Shown here: one piece after another, positions 1-14,400 of the stretch
Layout of the letters: each line of letters opens with the position of its first letter
How positions within the stretch are numbered: the first letter of the stretch is position 1
DNA from: Octopus sinensis
Lineage: Eukaryota
Assembly: GCF_006345805.1 (NCBI RefSeq)
Contig: NC_043000.1
Span: 44,578,001-44,642,000, forward strand
DNA length: 64,000 nt
Direction of reading: 5' to 3'
Notes under the pieces: generated by a model
Databases searched by the model: none
Told to the model about the DNA's origin: nothing
What the model saw: the letters and a program-made list of their open reading frames with translations, nothing else
Position numbers and translations under genes: made by a program

Positions 1-1876
1 TCCTGTTGTCCGAGCAGGCACTAGAGCTGATGAGGTTAATGCATGTATAAAGCATTCTTTTGTGTGGCACAGTGTTATCAGTCGCCATCTTCAAACAAAC
101 ATGACAGTCCACCTACATGGTGATGTGGAGTCTGAGGCTTTCGCAAAACACCTATTAGATCTTGGTGATGGAGTTTTGCCTTTCGTTGATGATGAGCATA
201 TTCGGTTGCCTTTTGGGAATTTCGTTCCAAATGTAGAAGAACTTATAAGAGCCGTTTTACCTGACGAAGAAACCAACTTCCAGGATCTCGATTGGCTAAG
301 AGCAAGAGCTATTCTATCGCCTCATAATACAACAGCTCATGCTACAAATAAACAAGTACTTGATATGAATCCTGGTGAGATAGTTTCTTTCATGTCCATC
401 GATACAAATAAATATGAGAATGATGCAGTCAAATATCCACCCGAGCTACTCAACAAGCTAACACCTCCGGAACTTCCACCTCATCATTTGTGTTTGAAAG
501 TTGGTGCTCCAATCATGGTGCTCAGAAATATGGAAACGTCTGAAATATGCAATGGAACCCGAATGGTTATTAGGAGGATTCAAAGCCATGTTATAACTGC
601 TGAAATTTTGAGTGACCATTTGTAGGAACAATCAAAATGATACATAAAATGAGTATTTCACCCTCTGATGTTCCCATTCAGTTTAAACGCTTTCAATTTC
701 CAATAAACTATGCTTCACGATGACAATCAACAAGTCACAGGGACAATCACTGGACATTGTAGGCATTAACCTGTCACAACCGGTTTTCAGTCATGGTCAA
801 TTGTACGTAGCCTGTTCTCGAGTTGGAAATCCACATAAACTCTTCATTCTTGGCAATCATGAGCGCACAAGGAACGTGGTTTATCAGGAGGCTCTGACGA
901 AAGAAAACTGATTGTAAGTCATGAAATTTTGCTTGATTTTTTATTTTGCACCTCTTCATTATCTCTTCATTCTTGAAAATAAAGACATTAAAAAGAACAT
1001 GGTTCATAAAGAACATTGGGTTCAGATGTTTTCAAACATTTGATCCAACTCATTCTCTTTATTCCTCATTTTCCGATTCCTTCTACGTCTCCATTAAACG
1101 GTTTTGTCAAGTTATTGTTTCTTCGCTAACATAAGACATTCATAAAGTGAATGAGTTGTTAATTACATTTTATACACTATTCCATTGTTTAGGTGGTGTC
1201 GAAAGGACTGGCATGTGTCACCATATAAACTCTCTCAGTCAAACTCCCAACTCATGAGTTCACATCGTGATACTCTTTCTACAAAACTGAGCTGGGTGTG
1301 AATTCTAATTTCATTCACTATAACAGATTTTTTTAATTTTTGAAACAAACACATTGCCTCTTTCGTTTTAAAACAATAAAACAATACTACCTTAATACAT
1401 TGGTCCAACAAACAAAACATCCAACACTCTCATTCTTTTATGTATCTGTCTTCCTTCATCACTCACTCACTTTTCTCCCTTCCGTTCACATTCTATCTAT
1501 AACGTCGTTTCACAGCGTCTACCTCCCTTACATTCACTTTCTCTTTATAACGTCGTTTCACAGCGTCCGTTATCCCCCTCCCTGCCTTCCACAGCGCTTT
1601 CACACACTCTCGCTCTCCACGTCTGTGTGCATTCATAGAGAGAATTATCATCGCCACAACCACCACTCAATCATGACAACAAATATTATGAATCAGATAT
1701 TTATTGGGTTAATTTATATATGTGTTTGTGTATCTATATATAAATATGTATATATAATAATCTTTATATATACAAAGTGCATATATCTGTATTTACATAT
1801 ATATATATAATTTGTATACATTTATATATATATACCACACACTTACCCGCGCGTAGACCGGGTCACCTTCAGCTAG
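1..1876 (+). mobile_element. Helitron, 3' portion (truncated by the window start)
   Basis: PIF1-like helicase remnant at 2-911, then AT-rich 3' region, GC hairpin ACCCG-cgcgtagac-CGGGT (1845-1863), 9-nt spacer and CTAG (1873-1876) followed by T. This is the canonical Helitron 3' end. Confidence 0.9.
2..911 (+). pseudogene. Helitron RepHel PIF1-like helicase C-terminal part, frameshifted
   Basis: Frame from base 2 reads PVVRAGTRADEVNACIKHSF...LCLKVGAPIMVLRNMETSEICNGTR. Bridging sequence reads SPSDVPIQFKRFQFPI, then MTINKSQGQSL...VFSHGQLYVACSRV (PIF1 motifs). Two apparent 1-bp deletions, near 621 and 707, break the frame. Confidence 0.92.
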
Positions 1877-1881
1877 TATAT

Positions 1882-1946
<65 letters not shown>

Positions 1947-2872
1947 GATCATTAAAAGCCACTAACAACCGAAATCACTAAAAGGCAAAATTATTTTCTA
2001 ACACAGCTGACGCAAAAGTAATAAAATGTGGTCGATGAAAGTGCGCAACATGCCTAAACATTCTAGAAGGATCAGAATTCCTTTCCAAAGAGGGATACAA
2101 ATTCAAACTCAAATCTGACTTTACTTGTGTCTCAGAAAACCTGATTTATGTTATAAGATGCTCGGGCTGCCAACAAAACTACATACGGTCCAACAGATTA
2201 TCGCTCAGACGCAGATACACTCTGTACCGACAGCAGATTGCATTCCCAGAATACAGAATGATACCTTTAGTGAACACATTGAGACATGCGCAAAGCAACT
2301 GCTAGTACAATTTGTAATCTTTCCATTTTATCAATGTGTCATTGGTACACCAGCACAAGTTAGATTAAATAAGGAAACCTACTTCATTGAAATATATAAG
2401 CCAAAACTTAGCCATTGCTAGCAGTTTTGAATAAAGAAACTTGCCAACGCAAAAACTCAATCACTTCTAAGTTTTTATTCTTTCTAAGCCAAATCATGGT
2501 AAATTAATAAAATTTAGTTATTCCCAACATTTTTTATCATCTCCCTTATACCGAAAAAATCCCTGGTTACGTTCCACTGTCTGGAACTCTCATACTTCAC
2601 ATCATAGCAAAGAGATGACACGATATCTGTAAAGAAATTTGAGAAATTTAAAAAGAAAATGCGTAACCGGTTATTTCTCCAAAAATAATGTTACTATACA
2701 CACAATTTTATAACACGTTTCTAACATAACGATTTAAATATATTCTTTAACAATATAATATTTTTGTAGTGCTTTTGCTTTATTTTGTCATATACACATT
2801 TAAATATATATATATATATTTTGTTATGGAATTCACAGTTTCATACACACACAGTCACAGACACACACACAC

Positions 2873-2903
<31 letters not shown>

Positions 2904-3174
2904 ATGTTCTTTGAAGCGCGTAAAGCCAATGCAGTAGAAATCATTTCTGGAGAAGAAGACAGATGAAGCGTAATGATTTAGAATCACCATCACCCTACAT
3001 TTTCAGAACGCTATTTGAAATAACATTTTGCTCATATCATGTATGCGGCGAATTTCTTCCCCAAATGGATCTTTATAGACAAATTATTTCCACTTCCTTG
3101 TGTACACAAATGTATTCACTATACATACACACATGCGTGTACGCGCACACACACGCATCCAAGGTTTTAGATTT

Positions 3175-3365
3175 TGGGACAAGGCCTATAAATCCAGTTG
3201 ATGTGTAAGTCGATTATATCAACCTGAGTGCTCAAATGGTATTTCTTTTATCGACTCCGAAAGGATGAAAAGCAAAGTCAACCTCAGCAGAATTTAAACT
3301 CAGAACGCAAAGACGGACGAAATGTCACTAAGCAATATCTCCGGGTTTCTGATAATTCTCCCAAC
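3175..3365 (-). mobile_element. SINE family C fragment (tRNA-like head on minus strand)
   Basis: Shares atcgac-ccgaaaggatgaaa-gcaaagtc-acct...tttgaactcagaa with 9450-9612. The minus strand carries a B-box-like ctgagtttaaattc. Confidence 0.65.
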
Positions 3366-5769
3366 TCATTTACCCATATGTACATGTATACTTTTTTATA
3401 TTTCATGTGTATATGAACATTTTAAATACCTCCTCAGAATAGGAGCCAAACAGCAGTATACGTTTCCTGCTCATATGCGAGAATATTGTCTAGTACATTA
3501 TTTCAGCCATCTTGCCCTTAGAGCATTTACATCTATTTATGAATAGATTACCGTCACTCCTTATATAAATTATGTGGATAAAATGAAACGTAATTCAACT
3601 CTTACTCTCTAATTATTCTAACAATTCTTGTCTAGGTTCCCTATATTTTACCACCTAATGTTCTTGAGTCAGTTTCATATGTACAAGTTAAACATGTTCG
3701 TATAACACGAAGCATTATACATTCTATATTATATATTTTTGTTTAATATAATATCGCAATAAAAAAGAAAGTGAGAAAAAAGAAAGTTACAGATTGATCT
3801 CGTAGCTTATATTAACCTTATATTGGAAATTCTTTCTATTTGATTTAATTCTGCTGATATCATTTAGTAATTTGCAATGGTTAACTTAATGACAATGTTG
3901 TACAGAATATCATGCATAAACTGGTGTACTTGACGACTCAGGATAAACATACGGGTGATAATTTTCTACCCCAAACTATCATCCTCTTGAAATACCAGAA
4001 ATACTTTCCCGTCATTGGCAGAATGTTGCTTATTTGTCTCTTCGCTCTGCCTGGGTGACATAATAAAGACTGTATTAATCTTTGCCAGCGAAAGAGTTTC
4101 ATCTGCATTTTCTCGTACTCCTAAGCCACTTTGAGTCGGTTTCTGTTCCCATGCCCATCACTATGCTGTTTATTTTTGTTTTGTTTTTTCAATAGTCTGG
4201 GTCCCAGACTAATCTTCTACAAAAATAGTGCATTCACCTAGCTGGGCTGCCACAGCAATCCACTTCAATATTGTATGTCACCTCGTGGAAAACTTTGACA
4301 ACTGCTTCGTTAACCAACTCAAGCTAATTTTGGCAAAATGTAGACTCTATATCCCAGAACCCTATATATAAATCCACGTTGACTGAATTTTAGCACAAAA
4401 ATTCGATGACGGCACACAGATAGTAGGTATGTTTTGTCAAATCAGTATATTAGCGAGTTCTCGCCAGGCGAGTGGGCGCTCGATTGTCTGGTCCCGCTTT
4501 ATCCATTATCATATGTGAGGAAGCTGTACTGCCTTCGCAAGATGATCTTCGCCCGTTGTGTCGCAGATTCTTTGCACTATAAGCTTTGTTTTATCTTTTC
4601 ACCTCGTTGATTCCTTTCTGGCCTTGGTGTCCCTCAGACTAATCTTCTACATAAATAGTGCACTCACCTAGCATTCAGTCTTAATACACTTAGAAGTAGC
4701 CCTATCAGTAGTATCACTTAATTTGCGTTGCATTTTCACTTGCACTTGCCCAGATTAAACTTCAAGCAGCATTCCCTCCTAAATACTGCACTACGAATAA
4801 CGTACCTTATTCTGGTTTGACTCTCGTCTTGCTATACTCAGTCTTGTAGTCTGGAATTTTTTTCTTTTCAATTGTCGTCAGTCATGTATTTTGGCAAAAA
4901 ACGGTCGGACAAGGTGTATTTTCTCTGATTCGTGTGCTTGTATACTGAACGCAATTAACCCATCTGAATTTGAAGAAAACAAGGAAGCTAACAGAAAGTT
5001 TCCCTTTGATGAAAGTTTTTGTAAAAATTTTAAAGTATCAACTTGATGCAAAATAGAAATAGTTACTTAAGGGCATTTAGCCATTGCTCCTTATCAAAAT
5101 GGAAATTTTGTCAAAGAGTAACTTTTAAACAATCAATTATATCTCTCATGATGTCATTCTGAGCAGATTAGAAACGAATAAATCATTTGAGGCATCAAAA
5201 AGTGCTAATAATAAAACGGATATTTACAAATAGAAGCAGGTGATGTTACAGTATTTTACTCTTATTTCTCTGAGTTTATTTTACTTATGTGAAAGAAGGA
5301 ACGGCGTCATTTGATATCCATTTTAGAAAATGCTACATATATATTACTAATTAGATCTAAGACACTAGATACAGTAATGGTAGACGTTTTCGGACACTAA
5401 AGTAAATATGTTATAGCAATCAGTTCTTAACCCAATATCACACTATATTTAACATAGATTTAGATCAGTGAAGGATAGATGAAAGGAATTAATACTGGGT
5501 TATCGATTATGTTATTAGGGTATTGCTTTTACCAATAATAGAACTTAATTAGATATAATAAAAACATATGTATTTTGAGATGGATTAAATTGTTAGAATT
5601 AAATGTGCAACAAGAAAAAATAAGTTTACATTTTTTAAAATAAAACTAAAACAATAAACGCGAATTTCAGAGTTTTAAAGTAAATTCAGTAGGAGGTAAA
5701 TCTGAAAATCACTTTTGTTTTTCTTGTTATTATTTCTGCTGTTTGCCTTGTCTGTTCTCATCCTCATTG

Positions 5770-6230
5770 CTGAGAGATAGAAACCATATTTTAATGCACT
5801 ATCACTCTTAGTCGATTCTGGCCTCTAATCATGTTTGCGCATTCAGCCTTTGATATTCCACTTCATTTTTTTGGTTTCTTCCAGCTAGCGTCTTCTTAGT
5901 CTGCTAGCTAATCTTCGTTTTTCAATTGACATTTCCGCTAGGATGTGGGTGTTGAGGTTTTGAATACTTATACCTTACCCTAAATACTACGGCTTGCTCT
6001 TCTTGACAACAACAATTCTGTTTCTGTTCCCATTTCACAAGTATGAATCATATTTTCAATGGTCAGTCGAGCTGAACCTAATTATTCCATATTAACACGT
6101 TGTTTCAAATATTTTGAGTTACACAGTGCCCATCTATAGAATGCAGCTGGCCAAATTCATGTCCTCAGAAGCTTTCATTTTATGTTCTTGCTAAGACCTC
6201 TATCAGTTCAGATTGTATTAGGTGACTCTA
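5770..6230 (-). mobile_element. Highly degenerate RTE-like LINE 3' fragment
   Basis: Broken minus-strand translation resembles the RTE ORF C-terminus (KRRLASRLRRR*LEETK resembles GKRRRGRQRRRWLDEIK; MKASEDM resembles KMKAFEMW). Many stops and frameshifts. Confidence 0.4.
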
Positions 6231-8519
6231 AGGCTGATTTGGCATACCCGATTCATGCTCTCATTTAATGATTGCCTCTATATGTTTAAAATTGGTGATT
6301 ATTTTTAGTAATATATTTTCAGCCATTATGTATCCAGGACTACATTACACACATTGCTATTCTTGTTTAGTTACACAATGTGGTTGTTACCTTCTGCATG
6401 ACATACAACTATGCTGAGATCACACTATTGGTTTGTATATTCAATATCAGTTTTAAGTAACTGTTTTACGTTTTTACATTACGAATTTTACTTCACATCT
6501 TGTCGCAACACCGAAGATGGCAGGTATATCATGAATATCATATTCTATATTTAATAAAGTATACTTTCTTATTTTCCCCTGTAATCTTAACGAAAATGTC
6601 TTAGATGCAAGGAAAGAAATTTAGAGTGAATAAAATATTCGATTATATAATTTCAAGTACTTGACATAATGAGCCGGAATAAATTCATAAGACGGTTGTG
6701 AAAAAACTGTCTTAAAGTGTACGCTTAATAACTGTTGCTGATACAGATACTAGGCTAGAAAATTTGCTGTAAATGGATTAAGTAAACCTCAGGTGATTGG
6801 TCGATGTTGTCAACCGACCTCTAAAGAGCATGTAGCAAAGTTAACGTCAGTGTAATTAGAACCGTATGTTTTTGCTCCAGTATTTCAACCGATATCTACT
6901 TGATGCTAAATCTAAATACTGAACCTTCTCAAACGAAATATTAGTTATCATTATGTTCTTTTTCTGAGGCCAGTATCTACTGATTCACAAAACGTCTACG
7001 ATTCTAGGATATTTCTCTTAGTATTTAAATGATAATTGAGTGATAGCCACTCTATAGTCACACGGTTGTAATTGAAAAAGATTAGAAAGTTAAAAGTCCT
7101 AAATTTATAGAGCAAAGCATTTTGGCTGATATGCTTCCGATTCTAGAAGTCCAACCAACGGAATCGCAAGAAATAGGAAACATAATTCTTACAACTCTCT
7201 CAATGTTATCTTAGAAAAAAGCTACGTTACATAATATTGGGATATGGCATATAAAATAACTGACGTGATGAACATGCTTGGAATTCCCTTGATAACTGCT
7301 TTGTACATAATAGTTCACCTGAGGTACCAGGGCCGCAGCTTGTCTTGTAAAGCTGCAATAGAGAACAAACGAAAGCTAATGAGGAACATATAATGAGTAA
7401 AAAGGAAAATAAAAGATTAGCGAAGTATTTCAATTATTTCGTTAAGCAATGGAGATGACTCCCAACAAGTCTATCATTAAGGCATTTATTTCACTGTAAT
7501 TTCATGCGTCTCAGTAATTAATCACAATAATTAATGTTTGTTACAATTCCTTCCCAAATTAAGTATAATTTCTACTTGTCTCCTGTCTAACATGCAACTG
7601 TTGCTCTGTTTCACGTACATTAAAAGTTCAATAAGATTATATATATATATATGTACGTATATCGTTGCACCTCATTCATGCGATGATAGCAGACATAGAA
7701 GTGTAGCGAATGAATACAAAAATATATTTATAGCGCGCACACACATACATGTAAGCAGACATATATAAGAAAGAATATCAACATAGAAACCAGTAATTCG
7801 AAGTATAAGAAATAATAACAGCGTTCGTGTATTTTCCAACTGTACAAGCAAAGGTAAATTAATCGTTGAAATATTTGCCGTGGGGAAAAAGTCGTATTTA
7901 GATTAAGAATGAAACATTAACTAATTTACGCATTCAATTCTCATCTTTTGTAAGAAGCGATAAATGTATATACGCATACATTCATAGATATATAAATATA
8001 TACACGCATGTATATATATATATATATATATATATATGCATACAAAAATATATTTATAATACACACAAATGTACATATAGGCAAACATATATATATATAT
8101 AACAAAGCACAATTACAAAAAAATATTGCTTACCTGTAGCAATACATCACACAAATTAGTAATTATATATATTTTGTTTGAAGCAAAGTGTACAAATTTA
8201 ATATATTCGAATAAATGAATAGATTACACAACCCCAAAGAAGAAAAATCTATATTAATTATATTTAAAGACAAAACAGAGAATTGGGGAGAATTAAGATG
8301 ATAATGTATAGACGATTGTACTATGAGTAAGAGAGAAAAAAGCCATTAATAGAACGCTAATGTATTTTTTCCGTAAATTTATTATCATCTCAAATGTTTT
8401 CATATGACTTTCATTCCGTTAGACTACCAACATTTTGTTGTGCATGATTTTGGAAGATAAAGTATATCACTGTTCAACTTATTCACACATATATGCATGT
8501 ATATATACATTATATATAT

Positions 8520-8600
<81 letters not shown>

Positions 8601-8957
8601 ATATACATACATACATACGCATATGCTCAAAATTCTAGAGCAAACTTTATAGAATCTGGGTGAGTAGGAAATGAATGAAACAGCCGAAATTACTATCGTG
8701 TCATATTCAAAGTTATTTATGCTGAAGGGATTCCATAGAAGAATACAACAGACTTACACACAATAGGTGTGAAACAGGGTGATCATAAATGGAATGCTTT
8801 ATGTGATAATGCTCCTATAATAGTACAATACTGTAAATTAAGAAGTTCCATCTAGAACAGGATATTGGTTATATTTAACATTCACATCATATCTCGACGA
8901 AACAATGTGGTAGTCTTTCATTTTTTATGTTTTAGCACAAGTATATATTGCTATGTA

Positions 8958-9320
8958 TTAGGTCGTGAAGTATGAAATTTGTAGTAAGGTATGTGGTAAA
9001 GTATAACAGCTGCTCATTTCGCGCCATTATTATATTTTGACAATCTTCATTCTTTGTTAGAAAGCTGATACATCCATTTCTTTATTCTCATTTTGCGCTT
9101 TATAAAGTATTAATAAATCGAATTTTGCTTGTTTTGTTTAGAGCTGGATACGTCGGAAATTCGTACAGTTTTGAAATATGAGTTCTTTCTTGGAAATACA
9201 ACATCACAGACAGCTGGGAATATTACTGCCAGACATCTAGTCCAGGATTTTAGTAAATTTGCAGTGGTTTTTAAGTTTCGTTATCGACAACAAATGGATA
9301 AACGATAAAATTCACGTCAG
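8958..9320 (+). mobile_element. Mariner 5' fragment (left TIR plus start of transposase)
   Basis: TA|TTAGGTCGTGAAGTATGAAATTTGTAG TIR at 8958. Translation DTSEIRTVLKYEFFLGNTTSQTAGNI is homologous to the N-terminus of the element at 9670-10902. Confidence 0.85.
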
Positions 9321-9449
9321 TGGCATTTGACCTCAAAAATAAAACCAGGCTTGGGGAAAATAGCTGAATATTCAAATTAAAGTGCTAGTAAATTGCAATA
9401 ATTTTAATGCCTACTTAAAACTAGTTTTCTTATTTTATCACGTTTCTTG

Positions 9450-9612
9450 CATTGAACCGAGTACACAGCTGCTACTTAATTTATCGACCCTGAAATTATG
9501 AAAGGCAAAATTGACTTAGGTGGCATTTGAACCCAGAATGTGAAAATGGACAAGATGCCACCAAGCATTTTGCCCGGTGTGCTAACGATTCTGCCTGGTC
9601 GGCATTCTAATT
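9450..9612 (-). mobile_element. SINE family C fragment
   Basis: atcgaccctgaaattatgaaaggcaaaattgacttaggtggcatttgaacccagaatgtg...gctaacgattctgcc, homologous to 3175-3365. Confidence 0.65.
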
Positions 9613-9669
9613 CTATCAATAAATTAAGACTTACGCTTGTTATGTGGCAGCATATCATAATCTCTATTA

Positions 9670-10902
9670 TTATGTCGTGAAGTACGAAATTTGTAGAAAA
9701 GGAAAACATGTTTGATAATATTTTATAAATACTAGGAACAGTTCTATTGATCAAAATGTGCACCATATTGTCAATACACTTTTGCTCCCCGGAACTGCAA
9801 AAGCCTGGCAATCTTGAGTCAATAAAATCTTGGTAAGCCTGTTTTACAGCATCGTCGGAATTTTGTATTTTCCTATCAAAAAGTTACGCAAATTTAGGAA
9901 GAAGTAGTAGTTAGTAGGGGCAAGATCAGGGGTGTATGGTGGATAATAGAGAACTTCCAGCTCCAAAGCATGTAAGTTCGCCAATATCATTTTTGCGATG
10001 TGTGTTCTGGCGTTGTCTTGCAAAAGATAGGAATGATTTGTTGAATAATATACACCGTTTTTGTAAGTTTCTGCATCATTTGATCTAATTGGCTGCAATA
10101 TAATTCGGCCGAGATTGATGAGACAGGCTCAATGAAATGATAATGGATCACCACTGCGCCAGACCACCAAACAAACACCATCAATTTCTTTTCATGAATT
10201 TTGCTTTTTGACTGCGTTTTTGGTGGCCTGTCTTTATCCCGCTATTGTGCTGAACGTTTACGGTTGTTGTATTGGATCCATTTCTCATCACATATTACAA
10301 TTTGATTAAAAAATGAATCCTTTTTGACGAGAAAGTAGCGCAATGCAGGCTTCCAAACGTTGCTGTTTCTGATTTTCCTTGAGTATATGTGGAACCCACT
10401 TATCCAACTTATTCACTTTTGAACTAGATGAGTCAATATTGGTTGCTTGCTAACATCAAGCAACAACGATAATTCACGGGCACTTTGAGATAGAGCTGAC
10501 TCGGCAGTGGCTTTTAGTTCGTCATTATCCACCCATTTTTTCTGTCGACCGAGTTGCTCATTTGTGAGGTCAAACTTATCAAATCGAAGTTTGATACTGT
10601 ATGCTGTGTAAGAAAATTAGAAAGAAATACCCCCTTAATATTCCGAGCTGTCTGTGATGCTGTATTTCCAAGAAAGAGCTCATATTTCAAAACTGTATGA
10701 ATTTCCAAATTATCCAACTATAAACAAAACTAGCAAAAATGATTTATAAATACTTTATAAAGCGCAAAATGAGAATAAAGAAATAGATTTATCAGCTTTC
10801 TAACAAAAAGCAAAGATTGTCAAAATATAATAATAGCGCAAAATTAGCAGCTGTCGAAATTTACCACATACCTTACTATAAATCTCATACTTGATCGCCT
10901 AA
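9670..10902 (-). mobile_element. Full-length (1233 bp) inactive mariner, DD34D type
   Basis: TIRs TTATGTCGTGAAGTACGAAATTTGTAG at 9670 and the inverted copy ending CCTAA at 10902. TA dinucleotides flank both ends (9668-9669, 10903-10904). Confidence 0.92.
9745..10717 (-). pseudogene. Mariner transposase pseudogene
   Basis: Fragments MDNLEIHTVLKYELFLGNTASQTARNI, IVICDEKW, MMVFVWWSGAVVIHYHF...LYCSQLDQM, LLQDNARTH and YPPYTPDLAPTNY (mariner YSPDLAPSDY motif). Multiple frameshifts. Confidence 0.92.
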
Positions 10903-11327
10903 TACAACAGCCTTTAGTGTTCGTGAAATCAGTTGTTTATTCTGATATGAAAGTATGTGCCATTACTAATTTCCTTCAAATGATATGCTATGATACCGAA
11001 ATTATTGTTGCATAGGCGTTTAAGACACATGGACTAGTCATAACTTACTGCATTGTAACATGCTTGTATATTACATCTACTTATTCTTCTATAATGTTTG
11101 TCCTTATCTATATAAATCAAAATACTGATATATAGTAAATCGCTAATAAAAAAGTCTTCTCATGACAAATTAAAGAAATATAGAAATAAATTTAACGAGC
11201 GTATTCAGCTATTTCTATGTTTCAGTCATAGGACTACACTCATTCGGCGGCAGCGTCTTGAAAGTTTTAATCAATCAAATAGATCGATTCTGTAAGTCTA
11301 TTACTGCTATTAGTCAGTCTGCCTGTG

Positions 11328-11328
<1 letters not shown>

Positions 11329-11407
<79 letters not shown>

Positions 11408-11415
11408 AATCTATC
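11329..11415. repeat. (ATCT)n microsatellite
   Basis: Visible tandem tetranucleotide. Confidence 0.95.
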
Positions 11416-14400
11416 TGTATGTCTGTCGGCCTGCTTGTCTTTAATATGTATGTCTGTCTATATATCTATCTATCGTTTTACAAATGGTGACACAAACAGG
11501 AAGACGGAAATTAAAGCGTGATGTTTATTGATGATCGGCAGATTATTATAAATCTACCAATTCCTAATAGAGGTACATGCGCACACATATGTTTAATCCA
11601 TAATCGTTAGTCCGACAAAATTATTCTATTTCTCCTGTGACTTTGGAAGAGATAATTTAAATTATCTGGCAAGAAAGCAGGATAAGATGAAAGAATGGAA
11701 AATCATACATATACATATATATGTCTAAATACATACATATATTCACACATATATAGGCAAAACTCACATGCCCACACTCGCAGACATATATATATATAGC
11801 GAAATACATATCCATAATATAAATCGCTATTGATCGTATTGGATCTACAATACATAAGTCAACATAGCCACTTGATCCCTCATAGATCGGTGAAATATTT
11901 CAGATTAGCTCCAATCCAATAGTATAATATTAATCGTACGGAAACGATAGTAGGCTAAATAATTGCACACCCGTTTGCAAACGCGTCTTTGACATTTACA
12001 TCTGTCCATGAGAAAATAAGAAAAAAACGTAAATAAAAAAATACATATTTATGAACCAAAATATTGAGAGCTAGCTCTCTTAATTATCCAACATTCTTCA
12101 CCATGGCTATATAAAAATTCCAGATTCGAAAGAATATATGTTTCACAGAATGTTTTGTCATTTATTTAATATCAAATTTGGATAAAATTAGTATGTCTAT
12201 GGTTCAGGTAATGGTGTATCTCAAGATATATCTGTAGCTATATAGTTTATTTGCAGTGGGAAATAAATGGCATAAACATCCATCGATTGACGCATCGTTT
12301 GAGATTCAAGTAAACAGATGCGGTGCTAAATGCTAAGGGACGCCTTTGATGAGGGGAAGTTTCATTATTAAAATGGTATGTGTGATAGGATACGGTGATG
12401 TAGGAAAATGCAGCATATTTTTTCTGTAATGACTTAAAGCAACAGGGGAAGATTAGATGTTATAATAGAATGTGGAGAGGATTAATATTAAGTATATAAA
12501 TACAACATATCAAACAACGACGCATGGAGTTACAGTGAACTTGACAGGATAAGATTGACTGAGGAGGATACAATAAATATGATCGAGACAGAACGTGGTT
12601 GTGAGCACATAAACACATATGTTACAGGGTCTGGCTAAAAAGCTGCTTCCCAAAGTCTGTGCAAAGACACAAATATTAAGCTTTGCAATTTCCAATATGT
12701 ACAAAGTCCAAATGGTCACGCCTCAACTGTATTTCTTGCTGAGATTTGCCAGATGAGAGCTAAAGGGCGTTAAGCAACAGCAACTAGACGCTGACGTAGA
12801 ATACAGAGGAAACTGGGAGAAATAGAGGTGGATGACAGCAGAACATATAAACTTGTACTGGTTTTCCAGAAAGTGTGAATTCATCAAGAGAAGCATAAAA
12901 TCTAATACGAAAGGCAACATTTAGTGAGAGAGAGGAAGAGAAGTTTCAAAAGTGGTTTGTTGTTGATATATAGCGTTAACAGTAACAGAGAGAAAGGAGG
13001 TGTATAAAATGCACAATGCATGAATACATGCTGTGTGTGGATAGGAGGGTGCGCGTGCGTATAAGTGTATAGAGTGAGGGAAGAATAGTGGAGAGACAGA
13101 TGATTATAGTTTGTTCAAGGTATAACTGAACAGGTAGAAAATAGATAGATATTTGAATTAATTTAGGGATGGTCAAACATAGATACATTAGGTGAGTGAA
13201 AATACAATATATTGCAAGACATGTCTTTAGCCCACCTACAGTACCAATATTAAACATTTGTAAAAATATGAACACACACGTGAATTTTTAATGTCGATAT
13301 GCATGCAGTACTTATAGCGCTTCACCTGAATACAATGATAGCAAGATTAACTTGTTGATTGCACCATTTATAGAAAGCGCTAAATGACGATGGGAATGCT
13401 GAAATGCAGGTTTTAAGAATGCTGAAAGGTAAAAATCTTAGGAGATGTACTCTGTGTCTGTGTTGAAATTTTTGTTTTATATTTTATATTTATAAAGATT
13501 CCATCTTTATCTTCTCTTCTACAATTCCAAATATGACTGCAACCAACGCAGCTTATGTTTTCCGTCGTTAGATATGCTTTGTGCACCATGTTATCTTGTA
13601 CAACTGTATCAGCTTATTTCAAATGCATAGTCAGCTAATGATAATCTGTTTTCTGTAGCCTCAAGCAACCTACACACCAAGAGGCAAGAAAGGGTTGCAA
13701 TGTCACAACTTTTGTCGATATATATCATTACCATAAGAATAAAATATACTTCGAAATATACACACCGTAACGACTATATTGGCGATATAGTGATTTCGAC
13801 AATTTAGGAACGAGTGGATAGCCTTTAAACAATTACGAAAATAATTCCATTCATGAATTTGTATTCCTAAAATGTCGAAAACACCAACACAAGTATAGTA
13901 CTCTCGAATTTCAACTATTAAATGAAATAGTGTTATGCTAGTAGCAGGTATTACATACTTTATTTGACCTAGTTATAGAACAATGAAGGAACAAATTCAC
14001 CCACACAGATACAACAGATGCTGCTTGCATTAAAAAATTAAAATCACACACATATTATATCATATGAACCGAGAGTACCATAGCTGGTAAATATGTGAAT
14101 ACGTCATTAAAAAGAAACATAATCAAACAGTATATCACGTCATACCACATGCGCCAATACTATATATAAACTCATCGCTACAATATATTGCAAAAACACA
14201 AGAATGAAACACCTTTTCATTTGTATTCATCTTCAAACTACAGCCTGTACTTCAATGAACTGACGTAATGAAGAAATTTCTACGTAAAAATAAAAATTGT
14301 ATTCCTCAGTATTATTGCATCAGATGCACAAATACAATCTGGTCGTTCGTCTACTCAACCTTTAGGAAGTCACAGTGATACAAAACTGATTTACGTAGTT

